This document shows, piece after piece, positions 38,001 through 49,900 of a DNA stretch of 64,000 bases. The stretch is from Perna viridis. Taxonomy: Eukaryota. Under the pieces are notes generated by a model. It did not search any database. It was given only the letters and a program-made list of their open reading frames with translations, and was not told the DNA's origin. How positions within the stretch are numbered: the first letter of the stretch is position 1; each line of letters opens with the position of its first letter. The position numbers and the translations under genes are program-made. The stretch lies in the NCBI GenBank assembly GCA_037379345.1, contig CM074522.1:19034001-19098000 (forward strand), written 5' to 3'.

Positions 38001-38239
38001 TCGCATATCATTTAAAAGTTACTGATGAAATTTTCTCTACTTTAAAGCGATTTTAAGCTTCATTTTGCTTTTGTTCAATCATAACGTACTGGCCTTTACA
38101 TTTAAATATTTAAAAACTCAAATATATATTTATACGGTACGCTTTTTATTTACAGATGAATTCGTTGGCAGAGGACGACGAACAGCTGGTTGAGACAACA
38201 CAAACATTAACTAAAAAGTTGTATTTCTTCCCTGAGTGA
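26003..38239 (+). CDS. CARD-containing caspase (caspase-2/9-like architecture) with atypical active site, about 373 aa; exons 26003-26137, 26842-27019, 32122-32276, 34561-34740, 35120-35333, 37020-37085, 37730-37839, 38156-38239
   Basis: CARD: MDDRERGILRKARVVLVKNL...LLDIIPRRGKDAYSFLHQALIETGQQEMADLL. p20: YKLETKPKGKVLIINI, DCFVMIILTHG, CPKLKGKPKLFFIHAC. p10: ADMFLA, GFRFIQ, QTLTKKLYFFP. All junctions are GT-AG and phase-compatible (0,1,0,0,1,1,0), giving a 1122-nt open frame. Confidence 0.9.
26520..26599. repeat. Short inverted repeat (MITE remnant) in caspase intron 1
   Basis: catgctcaatacacacttccgcga ... tcgcggaagtgtatactgagcatg. Confidence 0.55.
28979..29203 (-). mobile_element. Penelope-like element 3'-end fragment
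   Basis: aagagtaatcaagggaaccaagg...atgagcaactcggactccactaaaa...tctagaaacacccgccgagttgctcataaaa...ccggggtagac is the reverse complement of 41340-41620. Confidence 0.75.
29730..31562 (+). mobile_element. 5'-truncated, decayed CR1/L2-group LINE (RT C-terminus, Cys/His motif, 3'UTR) with 15-bp TSD
   Basis: Translation WSERWLVTFN...HKHLGLTISDD..WNSHI...LYITFIRPILEYADVIWD...EKIQMNAARIIT...CQCGEIESSNHFLLFCPLY with stops and frameshifts. TSD AACTACTCGGCCTTT at 29715-29729 and 31563-31577. Confidence 0.85.
30190..30637 (+). mobile_element. Penelope-like 3' end inserted into the LINE, ending in four ~74-bp tandem terminal repeats
   Basis: Interrupts the LINE frame between GWQKLIC and R(*)ENHKL. Matches 41385-41620. 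The unit tgtctggtctttgtccctggattgcattcttttgattaccgctataaccttggttcccttgattactctttca occurs four times. Confidence 0.8.
32402..33882. mobile_element. Foldback-type element with long inverted arms and internal atcatgatact repeats (caspase intron 3)
   Basis: TATGAGTGGCGTTTCGTGTCACAATAAGGATATTTCTATAATGATGCTTTTCTCT ... AGAGAAAAGCATCATTATAGAAATATCCTTATTGTGACATGAATCGCCACTCATA. Confidence 0.75.
32970..33608. mobile_element. MITE with ~130-bp near-perfect TIRs nested in the foldback element
   Basis: ctatagtcggcgtcacataaataacatactg...gccaaacggcttctc (32970-33101) is the reverse complement of gagaagctgtttggc...ttatgtgacgccgagtatag (33477-33608). Confidence 0.8.
34697..34995 (+). repeat. Degenerate ~47-bp tandem repeat made of the 3' end of caspase exon 4 plus its splice donor (about 6 copies)
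   Basis: aagcaacataacggcacagGTAAT, aagcaacctcattgcatccagGTGAT, aagcatccactgcacagGTGGT, gagctacattacagcactagtaat, aagcaatatcactgcgtagGTAAT, aagtccaacatccctgcatg. Confidence 0.7.
35829..36321 (+). mobile_element. Full-length SINE-like retroelement (structured non-tRNA head, Meta-like central domain, (CAAT)n tail) with 11-bp TSD
   Basis: TSD TCGTTTTTCAC at 35818-35828 and 36322-36332. Central GCACGTTAAAGAACCC. Highly similar to 58534-59058. Confidence 0.85.
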
Positions 38240-38302
38240 TTTGATTAGTTTTTAGTTGTTTTAATGATGTAAAGATTTGGTTCTATCAACTTTTAGTCTC
38301 TG

Positions 38303-38694
38303 TAAGAATCAGGCAGTGGGTAAAATTTGGTATGAAAAAAACATCCTTTTGAAAGATGAAACATGGTATTAAAGAATACGTTATTTTAAAAGTTTGATTT
38401 GACTATTTGCACCATCAGACACAAGGAAAAAAGACAAGATTTTCCATATCATGTTGTAAATTGAGTTATAATTTCATTGAAATGCACTTAAAATGAATAT
38501 TTCAAAAGCAGATAATTGTCAAAAACCTTATTTTGGTAACTTTCTATTGAAAAATTTATGAGCAAATCCAATGATCTAAAGATCAAATAATGGTCTTGTC
38601 CAAGAGAGAAAGCATCCTTGAGTGAAATTGTTTTGTCAGATGAGTGGGGATTTGACATGCTTGTTTCTGATTTTCCCATTTGGCCTGATTCTTA
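38303..38694. mobile_element. MITE just downstream of the caspase stop codon
   Basis: TIRs TAAGAATCAGGC / GCCTGATTCTTA. Confidence 0.55.
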
Positions 38695-38899
38695 CAAAAA
38701 CTGACACTTCAGTGTTGACTGATACACGTGTACTGAGTATGAAATGTCTTAATGATTGTGGATTTTTTTACCGGTTGTGCTGATTGAGCAGCTTTGATTA
38801 TATTTTAAAATATTTTATGTATTCTACACAGTAGAAAAAGTAGAGAAACATAACCAAAAAAATTTTTTTTGTTCGGTAGAAGTTTAGATATAGAAATGT

Positions 38900-39245
38900 A
38901 GCATTGTACACATAATTGGTGTTTGTTTACATTGTACACTGTACGTAGTGTACTCCAATGGTTGATGGATGTTCACATTGTACATTGAACATAGTGTACT
39001 CCAATGGTTGTAAGATGTTCACATTGTACATTGTAAATAATGTACTCCAATTGTTGATTGATATTCACATTGAATGTACATTGTACATAATGTACTCCAG
39101 TGGTTGATGGATGTTCACATTGTACATTGTACATAGTATGCTCCAATTGTTGATGGATGTTTACATTGTACATAGTGTACGTACTTCCATTGTTGATAAA
39201 TGCTTACATTGTACATAGTACGTAGTGTAAGTACTCCAATGGTTA
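38900..39245 (+). repeat. ~46-bp minisatellite (about 7 copies)
   Basis: Unit approximately tgttcacattgtacattgtacatagtgtactccaatggttgatgga. Confidence 0.8.
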
Positions 39246-40028
39246 ATGTTTAGAATGTAGTTTGTATTAAATAGCTTATCAGTGTTATTTTCGATGATTC
39301 TTTAAATAAAATTATATTTAAAAATATATTTCTACAATGACATACCGATTTATAAAGAAAATAAATTTCAAACTTTAACATTAACTTCAAACTTGTTCAT
39401 AACGAGCGCCCATGTAGCATTTCCCTCAAAACCCTCTTGAAAATGTCTCTTTTTGCCTCATTACTTGCGTAATATTTTCGTCATGTCAAGTCAAACGTAC
39501 ATAATTGGGAAATTCAAGCAAAGAGATTTGTGGTATGAAGTCCGATATAAATGGAACCTAACACTGCTGATCCAAACTCTATTTACGAGTTTGCTTTTCA
39601 TAATAGATCTTCTTGAAATTATATGGGACCACTGAACGCTTATCAGGGCAAGTACTGTTTCAACATTCAAAGCAATAGCATTCAGAAAGACAAAATATGC
39701 TTAAGTGCAGAAGTTTCATTTTCGTTCAACAAGTACCATCATAAAGATTATTTTTTTTCATCACTTTCATTGTATCATTGTCGGGCATGCGTATTCCAAC
39801 ATGTCATATTCTTGCAATTAGATGTGTCGAATTTGGCCGAAAAAAATATTTATTGTTTATGCATCGAAAAAGACTGAAAAGCCGCTTCTTCAAAATTACT
39901 TTTTACTACATGAATTTAGTAACACATCGACGAAAGTTTAATTTTATGTTCTTTTGGACAAAAATGTTATCCCTCCCACGTGCTCAAATTGAAAGTAGAT
40001 TGGCACTAGAAAGGCGGATACTACTGTA

Positions 40029-43000
40029 TCAGTCAAATGCAGGATCCCTGGGTTTAACTGGTACCCTGACATTCGCTGGTCTTTTAATATCAACACCAAA
40101 CATCCGGCGCAATATCGCCCCTCGTCTTTTATTTCGGATCTCTCTAATCCGAAGAAACATGCGCATGACCAGAACGAAGGCGATAATTGTAAATATCATA
40201 CTCAGCAGGGTGAAGAGGTAGATAATGATATCAAGTACGGCGATACACGAATGTCCACTTTCAATACCTACAATACAAGAAATATGCTTATTGTTTTATT
40301 TTAATAGGAGTTTAGCCTATGCCTATGACGGACGGAGCTCATTCTTTGTTTACGGTGCACCGCCATGAAGTCTCATTCGGTGAGAAAAATATGTGAGACT
40401 TTCATTTGGGAAAGCTTAATACATTTCTACACAGTCAATAATATTAAATAAATAAATATAAAATCGTATCCATCGACGTATTAAAAGACAAAACAGTGCC
40501 TCTGCACTGAAGTCTTGCGCAAGCGTCAACTTCCGTGTCGACACTTTTTAGCCACTTATAGTTCTGGTCTTACATTCTACATATATGGGATGTCGCTGAC
40601 GCTATGTTCATATAAGTATGCATGTAACACTGTGTGTTAATAATAATGTTATGACAAGAGTTAACTATGACGAACTAAAACTGATGTTTTCCTTCCATTT
40701 TTGTCAAGTGTGATGGACGTGTTTTTCAACAAACGGTCGTCATTCCAATGGAACAACTTGTGCTCCTCTACTTGCTGACCTATTCCTTCACTGTTTTGAG
40801 GCTGACTTTATAGCTGATCTGATCCGAAAGAAAGAACATCGTTTAGCTAGATCCTTTAATCTCAGTTTCCGCTATATAGATGACGTATTATCTTTAAACA
40901 ATCCTAATTTCGGGGATTTGATACATCGCATCTACGCTAAAGAACTTGAGATAAAGGATACTACAGACATTGTGAACTCGGCCTCATATCTTGACCTACA
41001 CTTACAGATCGATGGTAAAGAAACACTATTGACCAAACTTTACGACAAACGTGATGACTTTTCATTCAGAATCGTCAACTTTTCTTTCATCTGTGGCAAC
41101 ATCCCTTCGGCACCTGCGTATGGAGTGTTCATATCACAACTCATACGTTATGCCAGAGCTTGCTGAAATTACGCAGACTTTTTTGTATCGCGCTAGAATT
41201 CTAACAAATAGCTTAATTCTGGAACAGGGTTATGTTGCTACAAGATTGAAGTCATCACTATAGAAGTTTTATGGTCGTCATCATTGATCCATCTGCGCCA
41301 TGAAAACTGATTTGTTCAACGTGTCACGTGTCATAGTTTTCGTTTCCTCTTTCGTCTACCCCGGACTTGAATTTTTATGAGCAACTCGGCGGGTGTTTCT
41401 AGAAAAGCAGAGGACGCTTACCCTACCGGTGCACCTGGTTCATGTTCCTAGTGTTGAATGGAATCCGATATGCTCATTTACTTTTGTTACTTCTTTGTAT
41501 GTATTATTTTAGTTGCTATTTGTTCTTTGTTGTGTTTGTCTGTTTTCCATGTCTGGCCTTTGTCCCTGGATTACATTCTTTTGATTTCCACTAGAATCTT
41601 GGTTCTCTTGATTACACTTTCACAGAATAAGAATGGAAATTGGGCATATGTCAAGACAACAATACGAAATCAGCCAAAAGCAACCTAAGAATTTTCGAGG
41701 TACAATGAGGACAGCTTCACATGTCAGACTGCAACTGACATGTAAAAAACATTTTACACTGCAGTTCTGCGGGTTAGTTGCCCTTCTGGACTCCAGTTAT
41801 TAACATAAATATAAACTGTAATTGAAAATCAAGTCAAGATATTCCTTACATGGAGCAAGAGTAAAATATAGTTTTTTCATCAGTTTTCGGGAATAAACAT
41901 CGTTAAACTGGAATTTAAGAGTTCCCGCACACAGACATCTATTTTTATGAATTTGTTTCATCCCATTTAAACTTTAGAGAACGTGGTGAAGTTCTCCCAT
42001 TTACGTTAAAGGTTACGATAAATATTGTTAAAATATCTAAATATTTATAAGGGACGACCATTAAATTCTTAAAGGGGCATGGCAAGTAAGATTATTTATT
42101 TTCATCATAATCTTGACAAGATTATTTATTTTCCATACTCATAAAAAGAGTATAACTTTTGTCTACGAAAATTTAAATCTGCATATCCGGGTTACCAAAA
42201 TATGTTGTTTGTATTCTATATCAAAGCATGTGTTACTTTTTATGTTTATTATTGAAGACATCATTAAATGAAGTTCATGGCATAGTGTCTACTATATCCG
42301 ACAGGTGGCGTTCACGGACCTGAACGATGTCCGAATTTTAGCGGAAAATGTTGCGATAGACATTTTACTAGACAGATTTGCATATCTATATGTATCTAAA
42401 TGAAATCTACCATTGCAAAACTTCACATTACCCCAGTAAGGTCATTTATGTACAGAGGATTCCATATAATCGCATGCCTGATTATTACACATTTCTGTTA
42501 ATTGCATAGTATTTTCAAGAACCAAATCATTACACATCTCTCCCATGTTAAAAATTCCTCTTAATTGCATAGGTCTAAACAGACATTCCTATTTATTGCA
42601 TTTTTTTTTCAGGAAATGCTAAAAACATTTACACTTTCTGGCCTTAACGGTGTATTTTTAACGAGTACTCAATTAAAAGGTGTAGTTAATTAAACTCTTT
42701 GATATGATGTTTTTATAGTAAGAAAAAAATAATATTTTTAAAGCAACGCTGCAAATTTTATGGGCGTTTCCTTGATATTGACGTTACTTTTACCTAATGT
42801 TCCTGCGCATGGATCAGTTGATGTACATACACCGCTATAGTAGGCCGCAGCTCTATAATCTGAACAAAAAAAATAAAGTAAACAACAATTAGCGGGTTGT
42901 TGACATCTGCTTGTTTTATGCACCCAAAAAACGGGTAACAGTATAAACTCAGCTATTATTAAAGTCATTAGACATTGTTACAATTAGCAAAAATTAGCAC

Positions 43001-44403
43001 TAAAACATGACCAAAATGCAATTGTTCTGCAGTATTTGAAACATTCTACTGCTTAAACGAACATGACACTTAAGTTTCAATGTATATATGAAAACATTTT
43101 GTTATCCCAAACAAGATTGATATAACTTTAAAGAAGCCATATCAATTACCCTTTCAGACCCATGTAATTGCCCAAGTGCTTCAGACCCATGTAATTGCCC
43201 AAGTGCTTCAGACCCATGTAATTGCCCAAGCACTTCGCGCAATAAACAATAAACACATGGAAAATTTATGTTATTTTTCAAAAGTCAAAATTTGTATTAT
43301 TGCCAATTCTTAAAAATAAAAAAAGATAGTGAGAGTTTGAAAGATATGGTCCGAGGCTTTTCTTTGCTCTTCTTAATTTATCCATAAGCAAAGGCTTCCA
43401 ACAAAACGAGAGTCTTGTTTGACAGCAATATACCGTATTAATTTAAGCAGTTTAGAGTTCAAGAAAAAAACATTTCATGGACATATTTCAAACATTCAAA
43501 ATGAATATGGACAGTTTATGTGTACTTACTGACGTATGCTGCTGGCGATGTACACACAATGTCACCATCCAGGGTTATGTTGTTATCTTGTGCATAGGTA
43601 ATGAACCACAGTTCGCTACAAGAACACGCCCAAGACATCCCGTCAAGACGCACATACTCAAGCGAAGTAGCCCCAGAAAATAAGCCTGACGGTATGCTAT
43701 TAAACTCGTTGTAACTAAGGGAAAGATTGGTCAGTTTAGTATTTTTACTAAACGTGTCCTGTCGTACCGATGTCATGTGTAGATTGTCCAGAACCAGGGT
43801 GGCTACATTTGCTTGTGTGAAGAGACCGCCGAATTCCAGTGTATCGTCAACTAGGTTTACATTTCGTAAAATAAATTCTCCTTTGGGTTCGGGGCTGGTG
43901 GCAGAGGTCAGCTTTTTTACGTCTAAGCCAAAAAACGTATCCGGTACCATATTATCAATTGATCCCCCATCGAAAATAAACGAGTTAAGTTCTCCAAAGT
44001 GAGAGAATACCTCTGCAGGAAGTGATAAAATATTACAGTGTTGAATGGTAAGTTCTTCAACCCACCCGAAGTCGGTGAAAGCATCTTTAACCATTACTAC
44101 GGAACCTCCAGAAACACAGAGTATCCGGAGTGAGGCCGGGTATCGTTTGTCAAAATTAGCTGTATTCATCGCACTAAATCCGGAGAACACCGGACCATTT
44201 GGCGCCAAATTGGTTAGCTCCCCTGAAAAATCCTTGATGAAAATTCGCTGTGGCTGTACCGAAAATTGTGAAAATGCCAGTGGCAGTGCCCATCCTCGGC
44301 TGTCGCATGTGTACAGTATTGTTGTCGTATCATAGGTGCAGCCTGTTGGGTTACCGCTCACGTCACATAAAAATGTCAGTATCAGCAGCCATTGAAGTTC
44401 CAT
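40029..44403 (-). CDS. LRR single-pass membrane protein, paralog D (about 392 aa, short Arg-rich tail); exons 44403-43530, 42859-42794, 40267-40029
   Basis: Signal peptide MELQWLLILTFLCDVSG, LRRs (LTNLSLSYNEFNSIPSGLF), LRRCT WACSC...C. The 66-nt exon 2 reads NYRAAAYYSGVCTSTDPCAGTL. Exon 3 reads GIESGHSCIAVLDIIIYLFTLLSMIFTIIAFVLVMRMFLRIREIRNKRRGAILRR...PAFD*. Phase-1 GT-AG introns as in the paralogs. Confidence 0.88.
40715..41622 (+). mobile_element. 5'-truncated Penelope-like retroelement (RT motifs plus thumb and structured 3' end), antisense within intron 2 of LRR paralog D
   Basis: FQQTV.IPM..CAPLLADLFL...SFRYIDDVLSLNNP...ELEIKDTT...ASYLDL...LYDKRDDFSF.IVNF...NIPSAPAYGVFISQLIRYARAC, with frameshifts and stops. 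No C-terminal GIY-YIG follows the RT. Confidence 0.85.
43153..43233 (+). repeat. 27-bp tandem repeat, 3 copies
   Basis: ttcagacccatgtaattgcccaagtgc repeated three times in intron 1 of paralog D. Confidence 0.85.
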
Positions 44404-46994
44404 GTTTACTCTATTGTGTCATTGTTTTGGTTTCCGTATTTCTGTTATGCCAGTGGTTCCGCCATCTTTTGTTTTAAGGTTAGATGTTCAAATGTAGGAC
44501 ACAATCGTAGATTACGTATATTCAATAATCTTAAATAATCTTCTCAAGTTAACCGTAGATTAAGTTTCTAACTATGTATAATGAGCTTATTTCATATCTC
44601 AACGATTCATGCCTGTATTAATACGCTAGCTCTATACAACAGAACATTCCAGCCATAATTACTTTTAAAGTTCTCTTTCAAGTGGCAAACACTTAGAATG
44701 CAACTTTTTCCTTTTTTTGTGGAAAAAGGTGGCGTGAAAGGTTTTTCATAGGTTTAGTCATACACGTGCGTTTTAAACAGCATTCTGGTCCTGTCATATT
44801 CCTAAAATTTGGTCCTAGCACTGATAATATCAAATAGTTGCTTTCAAACAAAATCTTTTCAGTGGCGGATCTAGAAAGGTTCCTACTGGTCAAAAGAGGG
44901 GGCTAAGGTGAACTCAAATTTCTTCCCCTTTAAATTCATCAAGCAAACTTTTAGAGCAAGAGCAACACGATATCCACCATTAAAGATACTCGTCTCCCTA
45001 GAATCCGCATATATGTCTTAGCATTATTAGTTCAAAAATCTTCGTCACTTTTTGTTTATTTCAAACAAGTCGTTTATTGTTTGGTAGCGTCGTACTGTCG
45101 TGTGAGGCGTTGATCTCACCCACACAGCTGCTGAGAGAATAAATTGGGAAGTGATAGAAAGCATAAAGAATGGGATTATGTATAGCGAAAAATATAAAAG
45201 CAGAATGAAGATTTTCAACCCTCCCCCCAAAAAAAAATGGTGGTGTTTATGAACTCTGAACCGGAAATGGATAAATTAAACAGTGATAGACATGAATTGA
45301 TTTATCTCCCTTTGTAATTAATAAAATTAATAACTAATAATTGATAATTAATAAAATTAATATATTAATTAAAAAAAATTCACAGATTATACATTTCATT
45401 TTCTTTGAAATTTTCACAATTTTGGCACAATGTTAATTTTTATCGCATGATTTTATTGCTGTCATATCAAGCTCAAGATTAAATCCAGGCGTTTTTTTTC
45501 AATTATACAGTTGACTGATGTAGTATGTTTTATGGTGATTTTTATCCTGTAAATTTGATTTTGTCATTTTTTGATCATTTTCCACAATATCCAAATTATT
45601 TACTATGTTAACGTCATGATACTTTGTTTAATTTAATTATTTGGCCCTAGTCTTAATCGTTTTTGACAGGAACTCATTTGTGCCTCGTGTCGGGGAGCTG
45701 CATTACTGTTGCTAGATTATTACCGGATTATACTCCCTTGCAATATGACGGGTGTCGCTTGCGATGCAGGAAACGCTTACCCGATGTCACTTCCGTTTTT
45801 TTATGGAAGAACATATTGCTAATGTTTTATTTTTTTTGTGTGGCGTATGTGTAATATACGTTTGCTATGTGTATATGTAGATCGTTTTCCTTTCCTGTGT
45901 TCATGTTTAAGCCATGCATGTTTTTGATTTTAATGTTATTGAATTATCCCATTGCTGACGATTCGGTTATTTTTTTTGCCGATCTATTGTGTAAGGTAAT
46001 ATTTAATCTGGCTTCCTGGTCAATATTATAAGCGACCCTAGGATCGCTAAAATATAGAGAGAAGTTGGCTCATTTTCACCAAAATTGGCAAATTTTGCAA
46101 CTAGGTGGGATCCGGGGTTGGAATTTGTATTGGTTGTTCCATTTATGTAAAAGATTGCATTCATGCATTGCGTCCGTATTATTGCTTAAAGAAAAATATC
46201 ATATGACCTTCCATGTAACTTGGAATCGGTTTATTACCAGGTGCCGATCTTTCAGGGATTACAAATTTGTCTTTATTTATAAGGTGGCTAGGATTAAAGT
46301 TTCATATCCCGGCCTTTTCATTCGAATTTCTATCCCTGACTTTAAGTTTGTTTCTAGATCTTGAGAAAAAAACTGTCAGTGGATTTTACACTACGAATTG
46401 TAAATATTACTTATTTTATTCCAAATCCGAGCTACTTATCTTAAAACTTTTCCTAAAACCTCATTCGATATAAGATGTTAATTTTGGTTCGGGCCTAAAA
46501 AGTTCAAAGAAAATGTACTAGTCTAATGTGTGCATTTCAACTAAATTTGACCTATTAATATCTTGAAAAGTCAAACTTTCATGCGTATTTCTGAAGGTTA
46601 TTAGGTTTTATACTTGGATAATACATTAAAATGTTCGGGTTGCTTTCTTCATGTGCAACACCTTTCACACATTTTGCCTGTTTCTAAGACCGAGGAGTAT
46701 TAAAACGAATCCAGGGTGTTCATTAATATCAAACAAATTAAACAAAACAATATAAATTCTGTTAATACCGATAAATTTTCACATGTTTAGACGGAAACGA
46801 TTTTATGATTTCTTTCTATATTTTTTGTGATATAGAAGAAAATGCCAAATATCTTTTATATATTTTTCCAAATTTTCTGTTTACAATTATTAACATAGCC
46901 AAAATTTATTTCAGGACTATGTTACAGTCTTGTCGAAGTTATTGCAATAATAAAAACAGCAATCCAATAATTTCCGAATTTATTTGACAAGAAC

Positions 46995-49900
46995 TTAAAC
47001 ATAGCACGTATTATTGTAATCTGTTTCGGAGAAGTCCGATAAAGAGTCGGAATCGTATTCATCGTTAGCCGCTTCATCGTCTGTACGATCGTCGTCATCG
47101 ATCTCTTCCTCTAAATCATCAGGGAGTTTTATATTCCTAATATCATATTCCTTGTTGATGTCTATACACGTTTCTGTGATATATTCATCGTCATCGTCCT
47201 CATCATCTACCGATGTTTCATCTGTATTGCAACTCACATTATCTTTCATTATTTCATCTAACATTCCTGATTTTATATTTTCTATTTTATCTTCATGTTC
47301 CCAGTTTGGATCATATTCGTCGCTGTCGTCCGATTCACAAGGCTTCAATTCAATATCTTCGTTAAACTCTTCCTTTTTGAAAACTCTCGACTTCCACAAA
47401 TCATCCGAATAGTTATCCTTAAGGTCCTCGATGTAGGTCTTCATTCGCTCAATCTCTTGGTTCAGTTTTAAAACGATCTTGTCCGCCATTACCGTTCTGA
47501 TTTTCATGACGGCCTGTATCTTGTTTTCCTCTTTTTTCTCCTTGCACATGATGATAATTATAGTACCGAAAGCCGTGAATGAAAAGACGGTTGAGAAGAA
47601 GGAGATGATAAGTTGGAATAAATCTAACCCTTTAACGCATTTATCGCCAATCACAATACCTAGAAAGAAAAAAATATTGAAGCACCAAGCAACAAGGTAA
47701 TTTGTACAGTAGGTTTAAGATCAAATTTTAAACAAAAATACTGGACCATACAGCTGAAAGAAAAAAAATTATAAACATGAGTTTTCGGGTTGTATCTTCG
47801 ATAGATTGAGGGTCGGTTACATTTTTATTACCGCAACGGCACGTGCATCGCGTAACCTTTGCTTGTAACCAAGGCCTTAAGTTGTATACATTCAGGACAA
47901 CAACCCGCAGTGCACAGTGCCAGACCAGTGTGCTTGCCACTTCCTCAATGTGTCAGTCTTGCTTAGTTGATTAGAGTAAAAAACAGGGAAAAATAGACAC
48001 ATACAACAAAGAACACGAAGTAACCAAAATAATACGCACAAAAAAGTAAATGAGCTGACCGGACTCCACTAAAAATGGAAGCATTGACCAGGTGCACCGG
48101 TAGGGTAAGCGTCCTGTGCTTTTCTATGAACTCCCAGCGAGTTGCTCATAAAATGTCAAATAACATACTGAAGCAGTCAAGAAAAGCCACAGGCTGTGTA
48201 CAATTACTGTCTTACAAATTAACAAAATTATCTACTCCTTAGACGCTTCCCTTCGATCCGCTTTTGAACATCATTAGATGACATTATCTTACCCAGTTTT
48301 CCATCACAGGGACTGTAATTCTCACATTCTGCCTGGTAAAACGATGCTGCACGCTTGCCTGAAAAATCAAACATGATATATTAATAAGTGAAAAGGGTTT
48401 ATTGTTTTTTTTGCACTTAAGTAGGCGGGGAGTTTAATGTTAGATAAAGCCAAAGATGAAGGTTTAAGATTCCTATCTATTTGCTACCGGATGTGCAAAT
48501 CATCACGAGCACAATTTTGAAAGCAAACTACTAGTAAATGGACTTCTTTCAAACAGTCAAAATCATTATAAATTTATATAATTAGAAAACACTACTGGCT
48601 AAAATAATGACTGTAATGTCTATGCACAGTCAAAATATAACTGAAGCAAACAAATTTTGTCTACTTAAACGCTCATTTTGTTTTACTTAATCATATTCTG
48701 ACTATATCAACACTTAAAATGACCATTTAAAACATCAAAGCAAATGTAGTGTTGAGTAGGACACAAAATGTCTAATACAACGTTTTGTTGTGTTGAGGTT
48801 GACACATTTTGTCTACCTCAACGCAAAAAGTGGTATCGTAGTCATTTTATTTCTAAATCAACCAAAATGACTAATTCAACACTTTTTACCATTGTGGTGG
48901 ACAAAATGTATTTTTCATGGACCGAAAAGTGTTGATTGAGACATTTTGTGTCTGTATCAGTCAAAAAAACGACTGTTGATGGTCATATCAGTCATTATTT
49001 GGCCCAGTAGTGAAAGAGAATATTGACTTTGTGTTCGATCTTTCGTCGGAACACATTTGGGTATGTTTTTTTCAATATTTGATCCATGAAAAATATGACA
49101 GTTGAGTAGAAATTATTTTATTGGATGAAATGAGTTATACGAAACTGATATTACTTGTCTTACCTTCATAGCTACTTGGAGATGCACAAATAATATCACC
49201 ATCCAGAGTTATGTTGTTTTTCTTCGTGTAAGATATAAACCAGAGATTCTCACAGCTACAGTGCCAATTGGTGCTCCAGACATTGACATTACTGAGTTTA
49301 GAAAGAGCAGAAAACAAATTGTTTCCTAAACTACTCACACTATTTGAGCTCAGTGAGATTGTTTGTAAGTTTGGAACACCAGAAAAAACTGTTTTACTTA
49401 TTGAAGTCAGGGAAAGGTTATCTAATACAACGGTGGAAGCATTGTTAGTCATGAATAAAGCACCGGACGCCAACTGACCGGAAGTCATTTTACTATTTCT
49501 TATAATAAATTCTCCCTTTGGAGTTGGGGCACTTGCAATTTTCTGCACATTTAGTCCTTTGAAACTCTCTGCCACCATATTAGAAATAGATCCGCCTTCA
49601 ATGGTAAAAGAATTGACATTGCCAATGTGTTCAAAAACTGCAGTTGGCAATGATGCTATGTCACAATCTATAATAGACATTTCTTCCACCCATCCAAGAT
49701 CTGAAAAGGCATCTTTCGTAATTATGAGAATGCCATTAACGTAGCACATGATAGTTAAAGATGGCGAGTATCTTGCATCAAAAGAAGCCGTATTAATCGC
49801 ATTGAAACCACTGAAAGTAGGCCCCGACGGCGCAGTTGCAGGAAGTTCTCCGCTGACATCTTTTAGAAGCAGACGTTGAGGTTGTACGGGGAAGTCGGTG

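Noticed and set aside
41164-41166. In-frame TGA in the Penelope RT read as selenocysteine
   Set aside because: It follows the conserved Cys rather than replacing it, the copy has other stops and frameshifts, and no SECIS is evident. CGA-to-TGA decay is the simpler explanation.
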